A stretch of 64,000 nucleotides of DNA from Planctomycetota bacterium (GTDB taxonomy: Bacteria; Planctomycetota; UBA1135; UBA2386). The DNA is taken from contig JBKAGP010000001.1 in assembly GCA_046290465.1 (NCBI GenBank), positions 4,448,001 through 4,512,000 of the forward strand, written 5' to 3'. Below are positions 39,469 to 48,391 of the stretch, in pieces. The notes beneath the pieces were generated by a model that worked only from the letters and a program-made list of their open reading frames with translations, was not told the DNA's origin and did not search any database. Made by a program: the position numbers and the translations under genes. The stretch's first letter is position 1. Each line of letters opens with the position of its first letter.

Positions 39469-42400
39469 TCACTTGGCGTTCAGCGTGCCCTGGCGCCAGC
39501 GATCTGCCAGGGAGTAGATCGGCTCGCAAAGCAGGTCGACGACCGGCATCGACGCCATCAGCTCCTCGTCGAAGGTCGGCTCGGTCTCGGTGACCGAGTC
39601 GGCCAGCGCCTGGTAGCGGTTGCGGTAGCCACCGAGGATGCCGCGCAGCTCCGCGGCCTCCAGGTGCTCGTGGAAACGCACGTGCAGCAGGGTCAGGCCG
39701 ACCGTGCGGTTGTCCTTGACCTCCGGCACGATCACGACGGTGCGGTCGTCGCTGCGGCCGCGCGCGACCATCAACTTGCGCTCGCTGGCGACCAGGTGCT
39801 TGGTGCCCTTCAGCGTCGGGTTCTGGTCGGTGCGCGACGACAGGTTGGCAGCGACGCCGCGGCGGTCGACGACGTGGGCGGTCGCGGTGCCGTCGCCGGG
39901 CTCGCCCTCGACGCGGTAGCGGGTGCTGCCGAGCACTTCGACGACGGCCGGATCGAGGCTGGCGAGCGCGCGCAGGTCGCGGTAGCCGAGGTGGTCGCGA
40001 ACGGCGCCCGCGGCGATCGCCTCGCGCACGAACGACGCCGTCAGCAGCGCCTCGTCGGTGCGCGAGATGCCGACCGTGACCGTCTTGGCCTGGTGCTTGA
40101 TCGCGTCGACCGGGCGGGTCAGCTCGTCGATCGCGGTGGTCAGCTCTTCGGTCAGGTGGTCGACGACGGCGCCGGGAGCGCCCGGTTCGCCGAACTCCAC
40201 CGAGAACGAGTCGAGCGGCATCAGCTCGAGCACGTAGTTGCACAGCGACGTCAGCCGCGCCGCGGTGCGCGCCTCGAGCGTGCCGTCGTAGCGGCCGAGC
40301 AGCAGGTCCTTGCGGAACTCCAGCCAGTGCGGCTGCAGGCGGGGGGCCAGGGCCGTCAGCACGTCGTCCTTCGGCAGCCCGGTCGCAAACGTCTCCTCGA
40401 TCGCGCCGCGCATGCGACGCAGCGGGCGCGCCAGTTCGTCGATGGCGAGCGCCGCCCGGTAGCCAAACAGGTGGCCGCCCATCGTCGACAGGATGTAGGC
40501 GAGCGACGGATGCGACGGCGGCACCTCGATGACGCCGTCGGCCTTGTCGAAGCGGGACTCACCTTCGGTGGCGATCACGATCGGCGATGCCTTGTGCGCC
40601 TTGTAGATCGCGACCTCCTTCTGGACGTCGTCGGCGGTCGAGCCGACCAGCCCGGCCGCGCAGCACAGGATCATCGGCTCCGACGACAGGTCGATGTGCT
40701 TCTTGTCCTCGGTCGCGTCACACGCGATCGACTTGTAGCAGAGCTCCGACAGCTTGATGCGCACCTCGGCGGCGGCGACGCGGTTCTTGCCGTTGCCGAC
40801 CAGCGCCCAGTAGCGCCGCTGCGGCGCGAACGAACGTGCGATGGCGGTGATCTTCTCGTCCTGCGCGAGCACCTTGCGCATCGCGTCGGGCAGCGCGACC
40901 AGCGCCTGCAGCAGTTGGTGTTCGGCGGCGTCGTCGTGGCAGCCGGCGGCGCGCGCGATCGCCAGCGCCAGCAGCTGGCCGGCCGCGCACTGCGCGTAGA
41001 AGGCCTTGGTCGACGCGACGCTCATCTCGACGTCGCGGCCGTCGGACGTGTAGATCACGCCGTCCGCCTTGTCGGTCAGGTCGCTGCCGCGGCGGTTGAC
41101 GATCGCCAGCACCGTCGCGCCGCGGCCGCGCACGAGGTCGACCGTGCGGTTGGTGTCGGTGGTCGTGCCCGACTGCGAGATCGCGACGATGAGCGTGTCA
41201 CTCATGTCGTCGCTCATGCCGAAGCCGGACAGTTCGGTCGCGGGTGTCGCCTGCACGGCGATGCCCGACGCTGCGAGGGCGTCGGTGATCGCGCCGGCGA
41301 CGGCCTGGCCGGCCACGGCGGCGGTGCCCTGGCCGATCACCAGGATGCGGCGGGTGGTGCCGTCCTGCAGCGCCTGCACCGCCGTTTGCGGCAGCGAGGC
41401 CTCGGGCAGTGCCGTGCGCAGCTGGTCACCGTGGTTCACGATGCGGCCGCGCAGCGTCTTCTGCAGCGAGTTCGGCGATTCGCCGATCTCCTTCAGCAGG
41501 TAGTGCGGGTGGTCGCCCAGGTCGATGTCGCGGGTCGTGACCGCCGCGGCCGTCAGGTGCGCATCCTCGACCGGCAACTCGGTCGCGTCGTACGCGAGCC
41601 GGGTGATGCCACCGACCTCACCCGCGCCGTCGCGGTCGAGCACGACGACCTGGCCGCGCGACGCGGCCGGGTTGTTGGGGTTGCCGGGGGTCTCGCCGTC
41701 CATGCGCAGGTAGCGGTCGCAGTCCTCGACCACGCCGTACGGTTCGCTGGCAACGATGTAGGTGTCCTCGGCGAGACCGATGTAGAGGGCCTGGCCGGAG
41801 CCGCGCAGCGCCAGCGCGAGCTTGTCGGGCTGGGCGGTCGACGCCGCACCGATCGCGACCGAGCCCTCGAACGAGCTGACCGTGCGGCGGAACGCGCTGG
41901 TCAGGTCGTGGCCCGCGCGCATCTGGTGCGAGACCAGTGTCGGGATCACCTTGGCGTCCGTGGTGATCGCGTCGTGCAGCTGCAGATCGTGCTGGCGGGC
42001 CAGGTCGTGGTGGTTGTCGACGTCGCCGTTGAGCGCGCCGATCACGTACGGGCCCGGCTCGCCGGCGATCTCCTCCTGGTTGAGCGGGTGCGCGTTGGGT
42101 TGGCTGATGATGCCGACGCTCGCCCAGCGGGTGTGGCCGAGCACCAGGCTCTGCACCTCGGGCTGTCGGAACGCGGCCTGCAGCAGTTCGTCGGCGAGGA
42201 TCGTCTCGCGCAGTGCCGCGACGTTGTCGCCGAGCTCGCCGATCTCGGCGGCATGCTTGTAGACGAAGTTGAGGTTGCCGTCGGCGCAGCGCACCGAGCC
42301 GTTCTGGAACAACGGGTCGATCGCGCGCGCTTCGCGCAGGCTGCGCAACCGGGCGTCCTCGACGTCGATGCCGCTGACGACCACCGAGACGCCGGCCGAG

Positions 42401-42900
42401 TCGCGGCCGCGGACCTCGAGGCGATCGAGCGCCGACAGCGCCGACTGCAGCGACGAGAACGCGGCCGCCGCGTGCTGGTGCGGGACCTCACCGCCGGCGA
42501 GTTCGCGAACTTCGCGGGCGTGCGGCACGCGGTCGCGCTGCACCGCCCACAGACCGTCCTTGAGCCGCACCATCGCGGAGTTGCGCTGCTCGACGTCGGC
42601 GTCCGTATCGACGCCCTGGTCGAACGAACGCTCGAGCGCCTCGACCTGCTGCTGCAGCGCGGCCGTGCCCTCGGTCAGACGTTCGGTCAGCGTTTCGTTT
42701 TGCAGCAGCGACCACAGCCCCGGCACGCCGCGCAGCTGCGCGTCGAGCGACGCCAGCGAGTCCGCCGCGGCGGCGAGGTGGTCGGCCGTGGGGGCACCCG
42801 CCAGCTGCGCCTCCGCTTCTGCGAGCAGGGCGAGCAGGTGATCCGGAGCGGGTGGTTGTCGCCGGCTCGCCCGGCGCAACACGGCGATGATGCCACACAT
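39469..42900 (-). CDS. glmS: Oversized glutamine--fructose-6-phosphate transaminase (GlmS-like, 1143 aa)
   Basis: MCGII Ntn cysteine, GHTRWAS, NGDVDN, SIS motifs SQSGTT and VASTKAF, KLSELCY, AIKHQAKTVTVG. Confidence 0.8.
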   Translation of the reverse strand: MCGIIAVLRRASRRQPPAPDHLLALLAEAEAQLAGAPTADHLAAAADSLASLDAQLRGVPGLWSLLQNETLTERLTEGTAALQQQVEALERSFDQGVDTDADVEQRNSAMVRLKDGLWAVQRDRVPHAREVRELAGGEVPHQHAAAAFSSLQSALSALDRLEVRGRDSAGVSVVVSGIDVEDARLRSLREARAIDPLFQNGSVRCADGNLNFVYKHAAEIGELGDNVAALRETILADELLQAAFRQPEVQSLVLGHTRWASVGIISQPNAHPLNQEEIAGEPGPYVIGALNGDVDNHHDLARQHDLQLHDAITTDAKVIPTLVSHQMRAGHDLTSAFRRTVSSFEGSVAIGAASTAQPDKLALALRGSGQALYIGLAEDTYIVASEPYGVVEDCDRYLRMDGETPGNPNNPAASRGQVVVLDRDGAGEVGGITRLAYDATELPVEDAHLTAAAVTTRDIDLGDHPHYLLKEIGESPNSLQKTLRGRIVNHGDQLRTALPEASLPQTAVQALQDGTTRRILVIGQGTAAVAGQAVAGAITDALAASGIAVQATPATELSGFGMSDDMSDTLIVAISQSGTTTDTNRTVDLVRGRGATVLAIVNRRGSDLTDKADGVIYTSDGRDVEMSVASTKAFYAQCAAGQLLALAIARAAGCHDDAAEHQLLQALVALPDAMRKVLAQDEKITAIARSFAPQRRYWALVGNGKNRVAAAEVRIKLSELCYKSIACDATEDKKHIDLSSEPMILCCAAGLVGSTADDVQKEVAIYKAHKASPIVIATEGESRFDKADGVIEVPPSHPSLAYILSTMGGHLFGYRAALAIDELARPLRRMRGAIEETFATGLPKDDVLTALAPRLQPHWLEFRKDLLLGRYDGTLEARTAARLTSLCNYVLELMPLDSFSVEFGEPGAPGAVVDHLTEELTTAIDELTRPVDAIKHQAKTVTVGISRTDEALLTASFVREAIAAGAVRDHLGYRDLRALASLDPAVVEVLGSTRYRVEGEPGDGTATAHVVDRRGVAANLSSRTDQNPTLKGTKHLVASERKLMVARGRSDDRTVVIVPEVKDNRTVGLTLLHVRFHEHLEAAELRGILGGYRNRYQALADSVTETEPTFDEELMASMPVVDLLCEPIYSLADRWRQGTLNAK

Positions 42901-42928
42901 CGAAAGGAGGTCTCCTGAGGTTGGGCGC

Positions 42929-44143
42929 CTAGCGCCCGTCGAACTGTCCCAGACCGCGACGAAGGTCGGCCGCGAGCTCGGTCTCTCCTGCTTCTTCGAG
43001 TCTCCGTGCGAGCCGCTTGAGCCAGTCTGCGGTGGGCTCGGGCATCGATGCGGGCGCGACCTTGGCGTTGGTCTTGCTGGTCGGCTGGAACACGCGCAGG
43101 CTGTCGCAGATCACGACACCGACGCTCTTCTCGAGCGCGAGCGCCGTGCGATCCTTGGACAGCGGTTGCCAGGCTTCGGCCGGCAGCTGCACCTTGCGGG
43201 AGCCGTCCAGGCCGAAGTGGATCTCGCCGTCGTCGGTCCACTGCACGAACTGGTCGCCGAACTTGCACGACAGCACTTCGATGCCGCCGGTGGCGTCGGT
43301 GACCTTGTCGGTGCGCAGCTCCGGCGTCGTGATCTTCTGCCCGGTCTTGGCCTCGACGACCTTCTTGATGGCCGCGATCGCCGCCGGCTTGTCGCCCGGC
43401 TCGAACTCGGGGAACTCGTCGCCGAGCCAGCGGCGCAGCGCCTTGCTCGCCTCGGTCGCGAGGTTGGCGCCCCACGGCGTGCCGAGGAACGTGCGCTCGT
43501 CCGCGAGCGCGTCGAACAGCGGCTGCATCGGCGGCACGACGCCGCGGGCGAGCAGCAGCGTCGCGAGGCGCAGCGGCGCGCGCGGGTCGGCTTCGGGCAT
43601 CGCGAACAGCTCGGCGAGCGGCTTGCCGTCCATGGCCAGCCCGAAGCGCGCGTGCGTGCGCATCAGCCAGGCCGGGTCGTTCTCGGCGCGAACCGACATC
43701 AGGTACTGCACCTGGGGGTGTTGCAGGCCGGGATTCTCGCCGTTCTCGGCGGCGGCCTCGTACTTCTCGATGCGCAGCGCCAGTCCGCGCATCGCCGACG
43801 AGCGCCAGTAGAAGTCCGGGTCCATCGTCCAGTCCCAGAGCAGGCGCGAGACCATCGGTCCGTCCTTGTCGCTGTCGGCGATCGCGTCGACCAGCGATGC
43901 GGGGATCGCGTTGGTGCCCTTGTCGGCCATGTAGGCCTTGACCGCCGGGACGGCTGCGTCGCCGCCCGCCGCGACCTTGCGTGCGGCGGCCAGGCGGATG
44001 CCGTAGCGGCGCGACTCGCAGGCCTTGGCGACGTGCCTGGCCCAGTCCTCGCCCTTGGAGTCCTGGCCGGTGGGCCAGAACGCGATCAGCGGTGCCGTGA
44101 CGGCGGCTGCCATCAGCAGCCGCAGGGAGGTGTTGGCGTTCAC
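42929..44143 (-). CDS. Hypothetical exported protein with HEAT-like helical region
   Basis: Hydrophobic N-terminus; GTG start overlaps the stop of the upstream gene; IRLAAARKVA and WRSSAMRGLA are HEAT-like. Confidence 0.65.
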   Translation of the reverse strand: MNANTSLRLLMAAAVTAPLIAFWPTGQDSKGEDWARHVAKACESRRYGIRLAAARKVAAGGDAAVPAVKAYMADKGTNAIPASLVDAIADSDKDGPMVSRLLWDWTMDPDFYWRSSAMRGLALRIEKYEAAAENGENPGLQHPQVQYLMSVRAENDPAWLMRTHARFGLAMDGKPLAELFAMPEADPRAPLRLATLLLARGVVPPMQPLFDALADERTFLGTPWGANLATEASKALRRWLGDEFPEFEPGDKPAAIAAIKKVVEAKTGQKITTPELRTDKVTDATGGIEVLSCKFGDQFVQWTDDGEIHFGLDGSRKVQLPAEAWQPLSKDRTALALEKSVGVVICDSLRVFQPTSKTNAKVAPASMPEPTADWLKRLARRLEEAGETELAADLRRGLGQFDGR

Positions 44144-44550
44144 TGCGTCGTCGTCACCTTGTCGGCGTCCATCTGGTAGATCATGATGACGACGCCGTCT
44201 TCCTTCTCTTCGCCCACGTAGAGCTTGCCGGTGACCGTGACGACGCCTTCGTGCACGTCCTCAGTCACGCCGTCGGGCAGCATGCAGAAGACGATCTCGT
44301 TCATCATCGGCGTGCCGTTGCAGCCGCAGGCGTCGTTGATCAGCATGAACGCGTTGACCGGGCCCGAGCCGGGGATCTCGCGCTTCATGAAGCCGCGGAT
44401 CTCGACCTCCTTCTCGTCGAGCTTGGTCACCTCCTTGGGCAGGGTCATGCCTTCGGAGTAGTCGAAGCCCGCCAGCACCGCGAACCCGACGGGTTCGGGC
44501 TCGCCGACGAGGGCGGACAGCATCAGCAGGGTCAGGGGAAGGCGCAGCAT
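44140..44550 (-). CDS. DUF3299-like exported OB-fold protein
   Basis: LDEKEVEIRGFM, FMLINDACGCNGTPMMNEIV, VTVTGKL. Confidence 0.7.
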   Translation of the reverse strand: MLRLPLTLLMLSALVGEPEPVGFAVLAGFDYSEGMTLPKEVTKLDEKEVEIRGFMKREIPGSGPVNAFMLINDACGCNGTPMMNEIVFCMLPDGVTEDVHEGVVTVTGKLYVGEEKEDGVVIMIYQMDADKVTTTQ

Positions 44551-44670
44551 TGGCGGGGTCTCTGGCTCGGTCCGGGGTGGGTCGGATCGAGGGCCGAACA
44601 GTGTAACAAGACGCCGCGCGCTGCGGCGAATCTTCATGCCCAGGAGCATCGTCGGGGGATACTCGCCTCC

Positions 44671-45026
44671 ATGAGCCCCAAACCGGTGTCCCGCAACCTC
44701 CTGGAGCGGGTTCGTTCGATTGCGCTGGCGCACGCCGAGACCGAGGAATCGGACCGGCTGGGCGGATCGCCGCACTTCTACGTGCGCGGCAAGATCTTCG
44801 CCGGGTGCGGGGACGACGACGGCGGCTGGGGTGTGTCGGCGTCAAGGTCGGGTTGGAGCTGCAGTCGCTGCTGATCCAGAGGGAGGGCATCGAAATAGCC
44901 AAGTACGTGGGCCGCTACGGCTGGATCCGCGTAGCCGAGCAAGCGCTCCAGGACGATGCCGAACTCCGCCACCTCATCCAACTCAGCTACGACCTCGTCC
45001 GCACCAAAAAGACCGCCAAGAAGTAA
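44671..45026 (+). pseudogene. MmcQ/YjbR family protein split by a frameshift near 44828-44836 (or an assembly error)
   Basis: The first frame gives LERVRSIALA..PHFYVRGKIFA. The second frame gives AKYVGRYGWI..ELRHLIQLSYDLV. The frames switch at TGGGGTGTGTC. Confidence 0.75.
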
Positions 45027-45027
45027 A

Positions 45028-45065
45028 CACCGCATACCGAACCGGGTTCATCCTGCGCCACTTGC
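45028..45065 (+). repeat. ~37-bp palindromic repeat family, copy 1
   Basis: caccgcataccGAACCGGGTTCatcctgcgccacttgc. Confidence 0.9.
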
Positions 45066-45069
45066 CATC

Positions 45070-45636
45070 GTGAACGTTCCCGCCCTCGGCTCGCTGGTCG
45101 GCATCGCGCTGATGTCCCTCGCGACGCTGCAATCTCCCGGTGGCTACCACTGGGCTGACCAGACGATCTCAGCTCTGCTCGCGCCGACCGCGGCCAGCGG
45201 CCAACCCAACCCGGCACGGCCGTTGGCGGTCGCCGGCGCGTTCGTCGTGCTGGCCAGCGTCGGATTGCTGTTCCACCGGCTGTCGACCAGGGCGGTCGGT
45301 TGGTGCCGTTCGACGATCCGGATCGGCGGCATCGGTGCGATGGTCTACGCCGCCCTGACGGTCACGCCGATGCACGACCTGATGGTGAGCATCGCGCTGC
45401 TGTTCTACCTGGCCGCCCTGTTCGCGACCCTGCACCTGCTGCGGCGCGAACGGCAACGCGGCGCCTTCTGGGCCGGCGTCGTCGCGCTCGTCGCGAAACT
45501 CGGCAGCGCAGTCCTCTACTACGGCGACGTTGGCGTGGACCTGCTGCCCCTCACGCAGAAGCTCACCCTCGGCTGGACGCTCGGCTGGCTGCTGACCGCG
45601 CAGCGCGAGGCGCCACCACGAAATGGCGCAGGATGA
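45070..45636 (+). CDS. DUF998-like membrane protein
   Basis: GTG start; PGGYHWADQTISAL, TPMHDL, about five TM helices. Confidence 0.65.
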   Translation: MNVPALGSLVGIALMSLATLQSPGGYHWADQTISALLAPTAASGQPNPARPLAVAGAFVVLASVGLLFHRLSTRAVGWCRSTIRIGGIGAMVYAALTVTPMHDLMVSIALLFYLAALFATLHLLRRERQRGAFWAGVVALVAKLGSAVLYYGDVGVDLLPLTQKLTLGWTLGWLLTAQREAPPRNGAG

Positions 45637-45777
45637 ACCCGGTTCAGTATGCGGTGTCGGTGGGTTCGAAAGGCCGCATACCGAACCCGGTTCGGTTTGC
45701 GCCACTTGCGAACGGGAGCGTCGGGCTGCCGGATTCGAGCGAAATGGCGCAGGATGAACCCGGTTCGGTATGCGGTG
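45619..45777. repeat. ~37-bp palindromic repeat family, copies 2 (-), 3 (+) and 4 (-), BIME/REPIN-like cluster
   Basis: Copies at 45619-45656, 45674-45710 and 45740-45777; each contains GAACCCGGTTC; orientation alternates. Confidence 0.9.
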
Positions 45778-45811
45778 GTAGGCTGGGGGGTGATGTTGCG
45801 AGAGGAAAGCG

Positions 45812-46195
45812 ATGCTTGATGATTTGGGTTCGGCGAAGGTGCGTCACCAGAGGTTCGTTCGACGGGTTGTCGAGTTGGGAAAGGTCTGGGGGCTGCATGC
45901 GGATGATGGTTGGGTGGTGTCGCCGTCCAATCATGGCGAACGGTCGGTGATGCCGTTCTGGTCCGACCGCGCCTATGCCGCGCAGTGCGCCGCCGACGAA
46001 TGGCACGGCTACGAACCGACGGCGATCCCGCTGCAGAGCTTCCTCGAGCAGTGGCTGCCGGGAATGGCCAACGACGACGTGCTCGTCGGCACCAACTGGA
46101 ACGCGCAACTGATCGGCGTCGAGGTCGCGCCGGCCGATCTGCTGCGCGAGCTGGTCGACGCGGCGGGCGGTGACGGCGGCGCGGCCGAGGCCTAG
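45812..46195 (+). CDS. DUF2750 domain protein
   Basis: VWGL..DGW, MPFWSDRAYAAQCAADEW..YEPTAIPLQSFLEQWLPGM..DDVLVGTNW; GAGG RBS. Confidence 0.85.
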   Translation: MLDDLGSAKVRHQRFVRRVVELGKVWGLHADDGWVVSPSNHGERSVMPFWSDRAYAAQCAADEWHGYEPTAIPLQSFLEQWLPGMANDDVLVGTNWNAQLIGVEVAPADLLRELVDAAGGDGGAAEA

Positions 46196-46304
46196 CCCGT
46201 CGGCGAACGGGCGGACCGCCGGACGATTTGGCCGGACCGCACGTCACGCGGATCTCGACGCGCCGGTTCGCGTCGGCGCGCACACGTCCTCGACTGACCG
46301 CCGG

Positions 46305-46616
46305 ATGTACTTCTGCGCCATCGGCCTCGTGGCCCTGCTGCCGTTCGCCTACCTGTTCTGCCAGGCGTTGACCTTCATCGTGTACGAAGGCCGCTGGCGG
46401 TGGTGGTGCCTGGTGCCCCTGCTGTTCTTCCTCGGCGTGTGCTCGGTACTGATCTGGGTGCAGACGCCGGTCGCGTTCGTCACGGTCGTGATCGCCGCGC
46501 CGTCCGCGGGCATGCTCGCGCTGGCATGCGTGTGGGGGCTGTTCAGCAGGTCCGGCGGCAGCCCCGCGCCCGTCGAGGACGGCAACCCGGCCGCGACGGG
46601 GCAGCGCGAGAGCTGA
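46305..46616 (+). CDS. Small hypothetical membrane protein
   Basis: ATG at 46305; three hydrophobic segments. Confidence 0.55.
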   Translation: MYFCAIGLVALLPFAYLFCQALTFIVYEGRWRWWCLVPLLFFLGVCSVLIWVQTPVAFVTVVIAAPSAGMLALACVWGLFSRSGGSPAPVEDGNPAATGQRES

Positions 46617-46628
46617 GCGCCGGCCGGG

Positions 46629-48068
46629 TCAGTTCGCCTGCAGCGACGACGGCGCGTTCGACGGCATGATCAGCCAGCTGCCGAGCGGCGGGTAAAGGGT
46701 GTTGGTCGAGCTCGTGTGCCGCTGCTCGTCGTCGTCGTGCACGTTCCAGTAGCTGCCCGTCCAGTAGACGATGTTGTCGCCGGACTGGTAGACCGGGCGG
46801 CCGTTGATCGTGAACCCCGAGCGCGTGTAGACGCCGTTGACGTTGGTCCACTCCGCGCCGGTGATCGTCAGCGTCGTCGGGATCGCGGCCTGGTTGAGCG
46901 CGATCGAGATCGGCCCGCCAAACTGGTTGGCGATGCCCAGGTCGGGTTGGCCGTTGCCGTCGTAGTCGGCGACCGTGATCGACTTGGGCGAGTTCGCGAG
47001 GCTGCCCAGGTTGAAGAACTGCGCCGTGCCGAAGCCGCCGATGCCGTCGCCGACGTGCACGGCCAGCTGGTTGGGGAACGATGCGTTCGAGTTGGCCACT
47101 GCGAGGTCGAGGAATCCGTCGGCGTTGAGGTCGACGGCCGCGATGCCCTTCGGGCGCGGTCCACTGGCAACCACCGTCGGGTTGCCGAGCGCGCCGAGGC
47201 CATTGCCGAGCAGGATCGAGATGTCGTTGAAGCCGGTGTTGGCGGTCGCGACGTCGTCGTTGCCGTCGTTGTTCAGGTCGGCGACGGTCAGGCCCCACGG
47301 GTCGACGCCACCGGGAACGCTCGCGTCGATCGTCGTGAACAGCGTCGCCGCGCCGAACGTGCCGGTGCCCGTTCCGAGCAGGATCGCGACGTCCTGCCCG
47401 CTGGTGCACGCCACCGCCAGGTCGAGGATGCCGTTGCCGTCGAAGTCGCCGGTGCGCAGCGCCCGCGGGTTGCTATCGACCGCGTAGTTGGTCGCGGCGC
47501 CGAAGCTGCCGGTGCCGGTGCCCAAGAACACCGAGACGTTGTTCGACTGACGGTTGCTGACGGCCACGTCGGCGTTCCCGTCCCCGTTGAAGTCGCCAGT
47601 GGTCACGTCCGACGGCGTCGAACCGGCCGCCATCCCGGCAGGCGCGCCGAACGCACCCGCGCCGTTGCCGAGCAGGATCGACACGTTGTTGACGCCGGAG
47701 AAGCTCGTGACCACGAGGTCCGCGTCGCCGTCGTTGTCGAAGTCGTCGGTCGCGACGCTGCTCGGCATCGCGCCGGCCGGATAGGCGGTGAACGCGCCGA
47801 ACGTGCCGGAGCCGTTGTTCAGGTAGACGAGTGCGCCCTGGAACGTCGACGACGCGACGAGGTCGGCGTCGCCGTCGTTGTCGAAATCGGCGGTGGCGGC
47901 GCCATACAGATAGGTCGTGCCACCCGAGCCCGGGTACGTGGTGACGCCGAACGACGGCGCGACGGCGCCGGGGCTCTGCGCGGTCGACGTGGCGGCGAGC
48001 ATGACAGCGGCGAGCAGAATGGCGGGAGCGATGCTCCGGCCCCGAGTGCGTGCGAGGTTCATCTTCAT
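46629..48068 (-). CDS. Secreted FG-GAP/VCBS repeat protein
   Basis: Seven DFxxDGxxDL repeats (DFDNDGDADL, DFNGDGNADV, DLNNDGNDDV and others); signal peptide STA|Q. Confidence 0.9.
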   Translation of the reverse strand: MKMNLARTRGRSIAPAILLAAVMLAATSTAQSPGAVAPSFGVTTYPGSGGTTYLYGAATADFDNDGDADLVASSTFQGALVYLNNGSGTFGAFTAYPAGAMPSSVATDDFDNDGDADLVVTSFSGVNNVSILLGNGAGAFGAPAGMAAGSTPSDVTTGDFNGDGNADVAVSNRQSNNVSVFLGTGTGSFGAATNYAVDSNPRALRTGDFDGNGILDLAVACTSGQDVAILLGTGTGTFGAATLFTTIDASVPGGVDPWGLTVADLNNDGNDDVATANTGFNDISILLGNGLGALGNPTVVASGPRPKGIAAVDLNADGFLDLAVANSNASFPNQLAVHVGDGIGGFGTAQFFNLGSLANSPKSITVADYDGNGQPDLGIANQFGGPISIALNQAAIPTTLTITGAEWTNVNGVYTRSGFTINGRPVYQSGDNIVYWTGSYWNVHDDDEQRHTSSTNTLYPPLGSWLIMPSNAPSSLQAN

Positions 48069-48391
48069 CTTCCTGTGGTGCCGGAGGAGGCCCGGCCGGA
48101 GCACGCAAGCTAGAAAGTACGTATGAGCGTGGAGTGCGGGCTGCCGCGAAGGAGTGGACAAGACGTAGCGCGCCGATCGGGTGGGCACGGCCGTCACGCT
48201 CCGCTGCGAGAGCGGGCAAGACCAGCTGGCGCAGATCGGCGCGTTCACGGTGCACGCCGCTACCTGGTCTGTCCCGGACCGCGGCCCGGACCGCGGCCCT
48301 GCCCGCAGCGCCGACCAGGGCCACCGCTACCTGGCGCGCGACCCGCGCTGCGAGACGAACCGCAGCTCGTGCGCGTCGTTCGCCGTCCTGC

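Noticed and set aside
39331..42918. 1195-aa plus-strand ORF and many other long overlapping ORFs (e.g. 836-2977, 18730-21027, 35792-38293, 48050-50542, 53438-55942, 59719-62226)
   Set aside because: They are antisense or alternate-frame shadows of well-supported genes, rich in Arg/Ala/Pro and without motifs, as expected at very high GC.
44602..44632. TGTAAC...CGAA as an ECF promoter shared with 3291
   Set aside because: Only a 6-bp match, with no consistent -10 element between the sites; too weak to support.
44671..46616. Integron cassette array or CRISPR reading of the small genes and palindromic repeats
   Set aside because: No RYYYAAC...GTTRRRY attC ends were found, the repeats alternate in orientation, and no integrase or cas gene is nearby.
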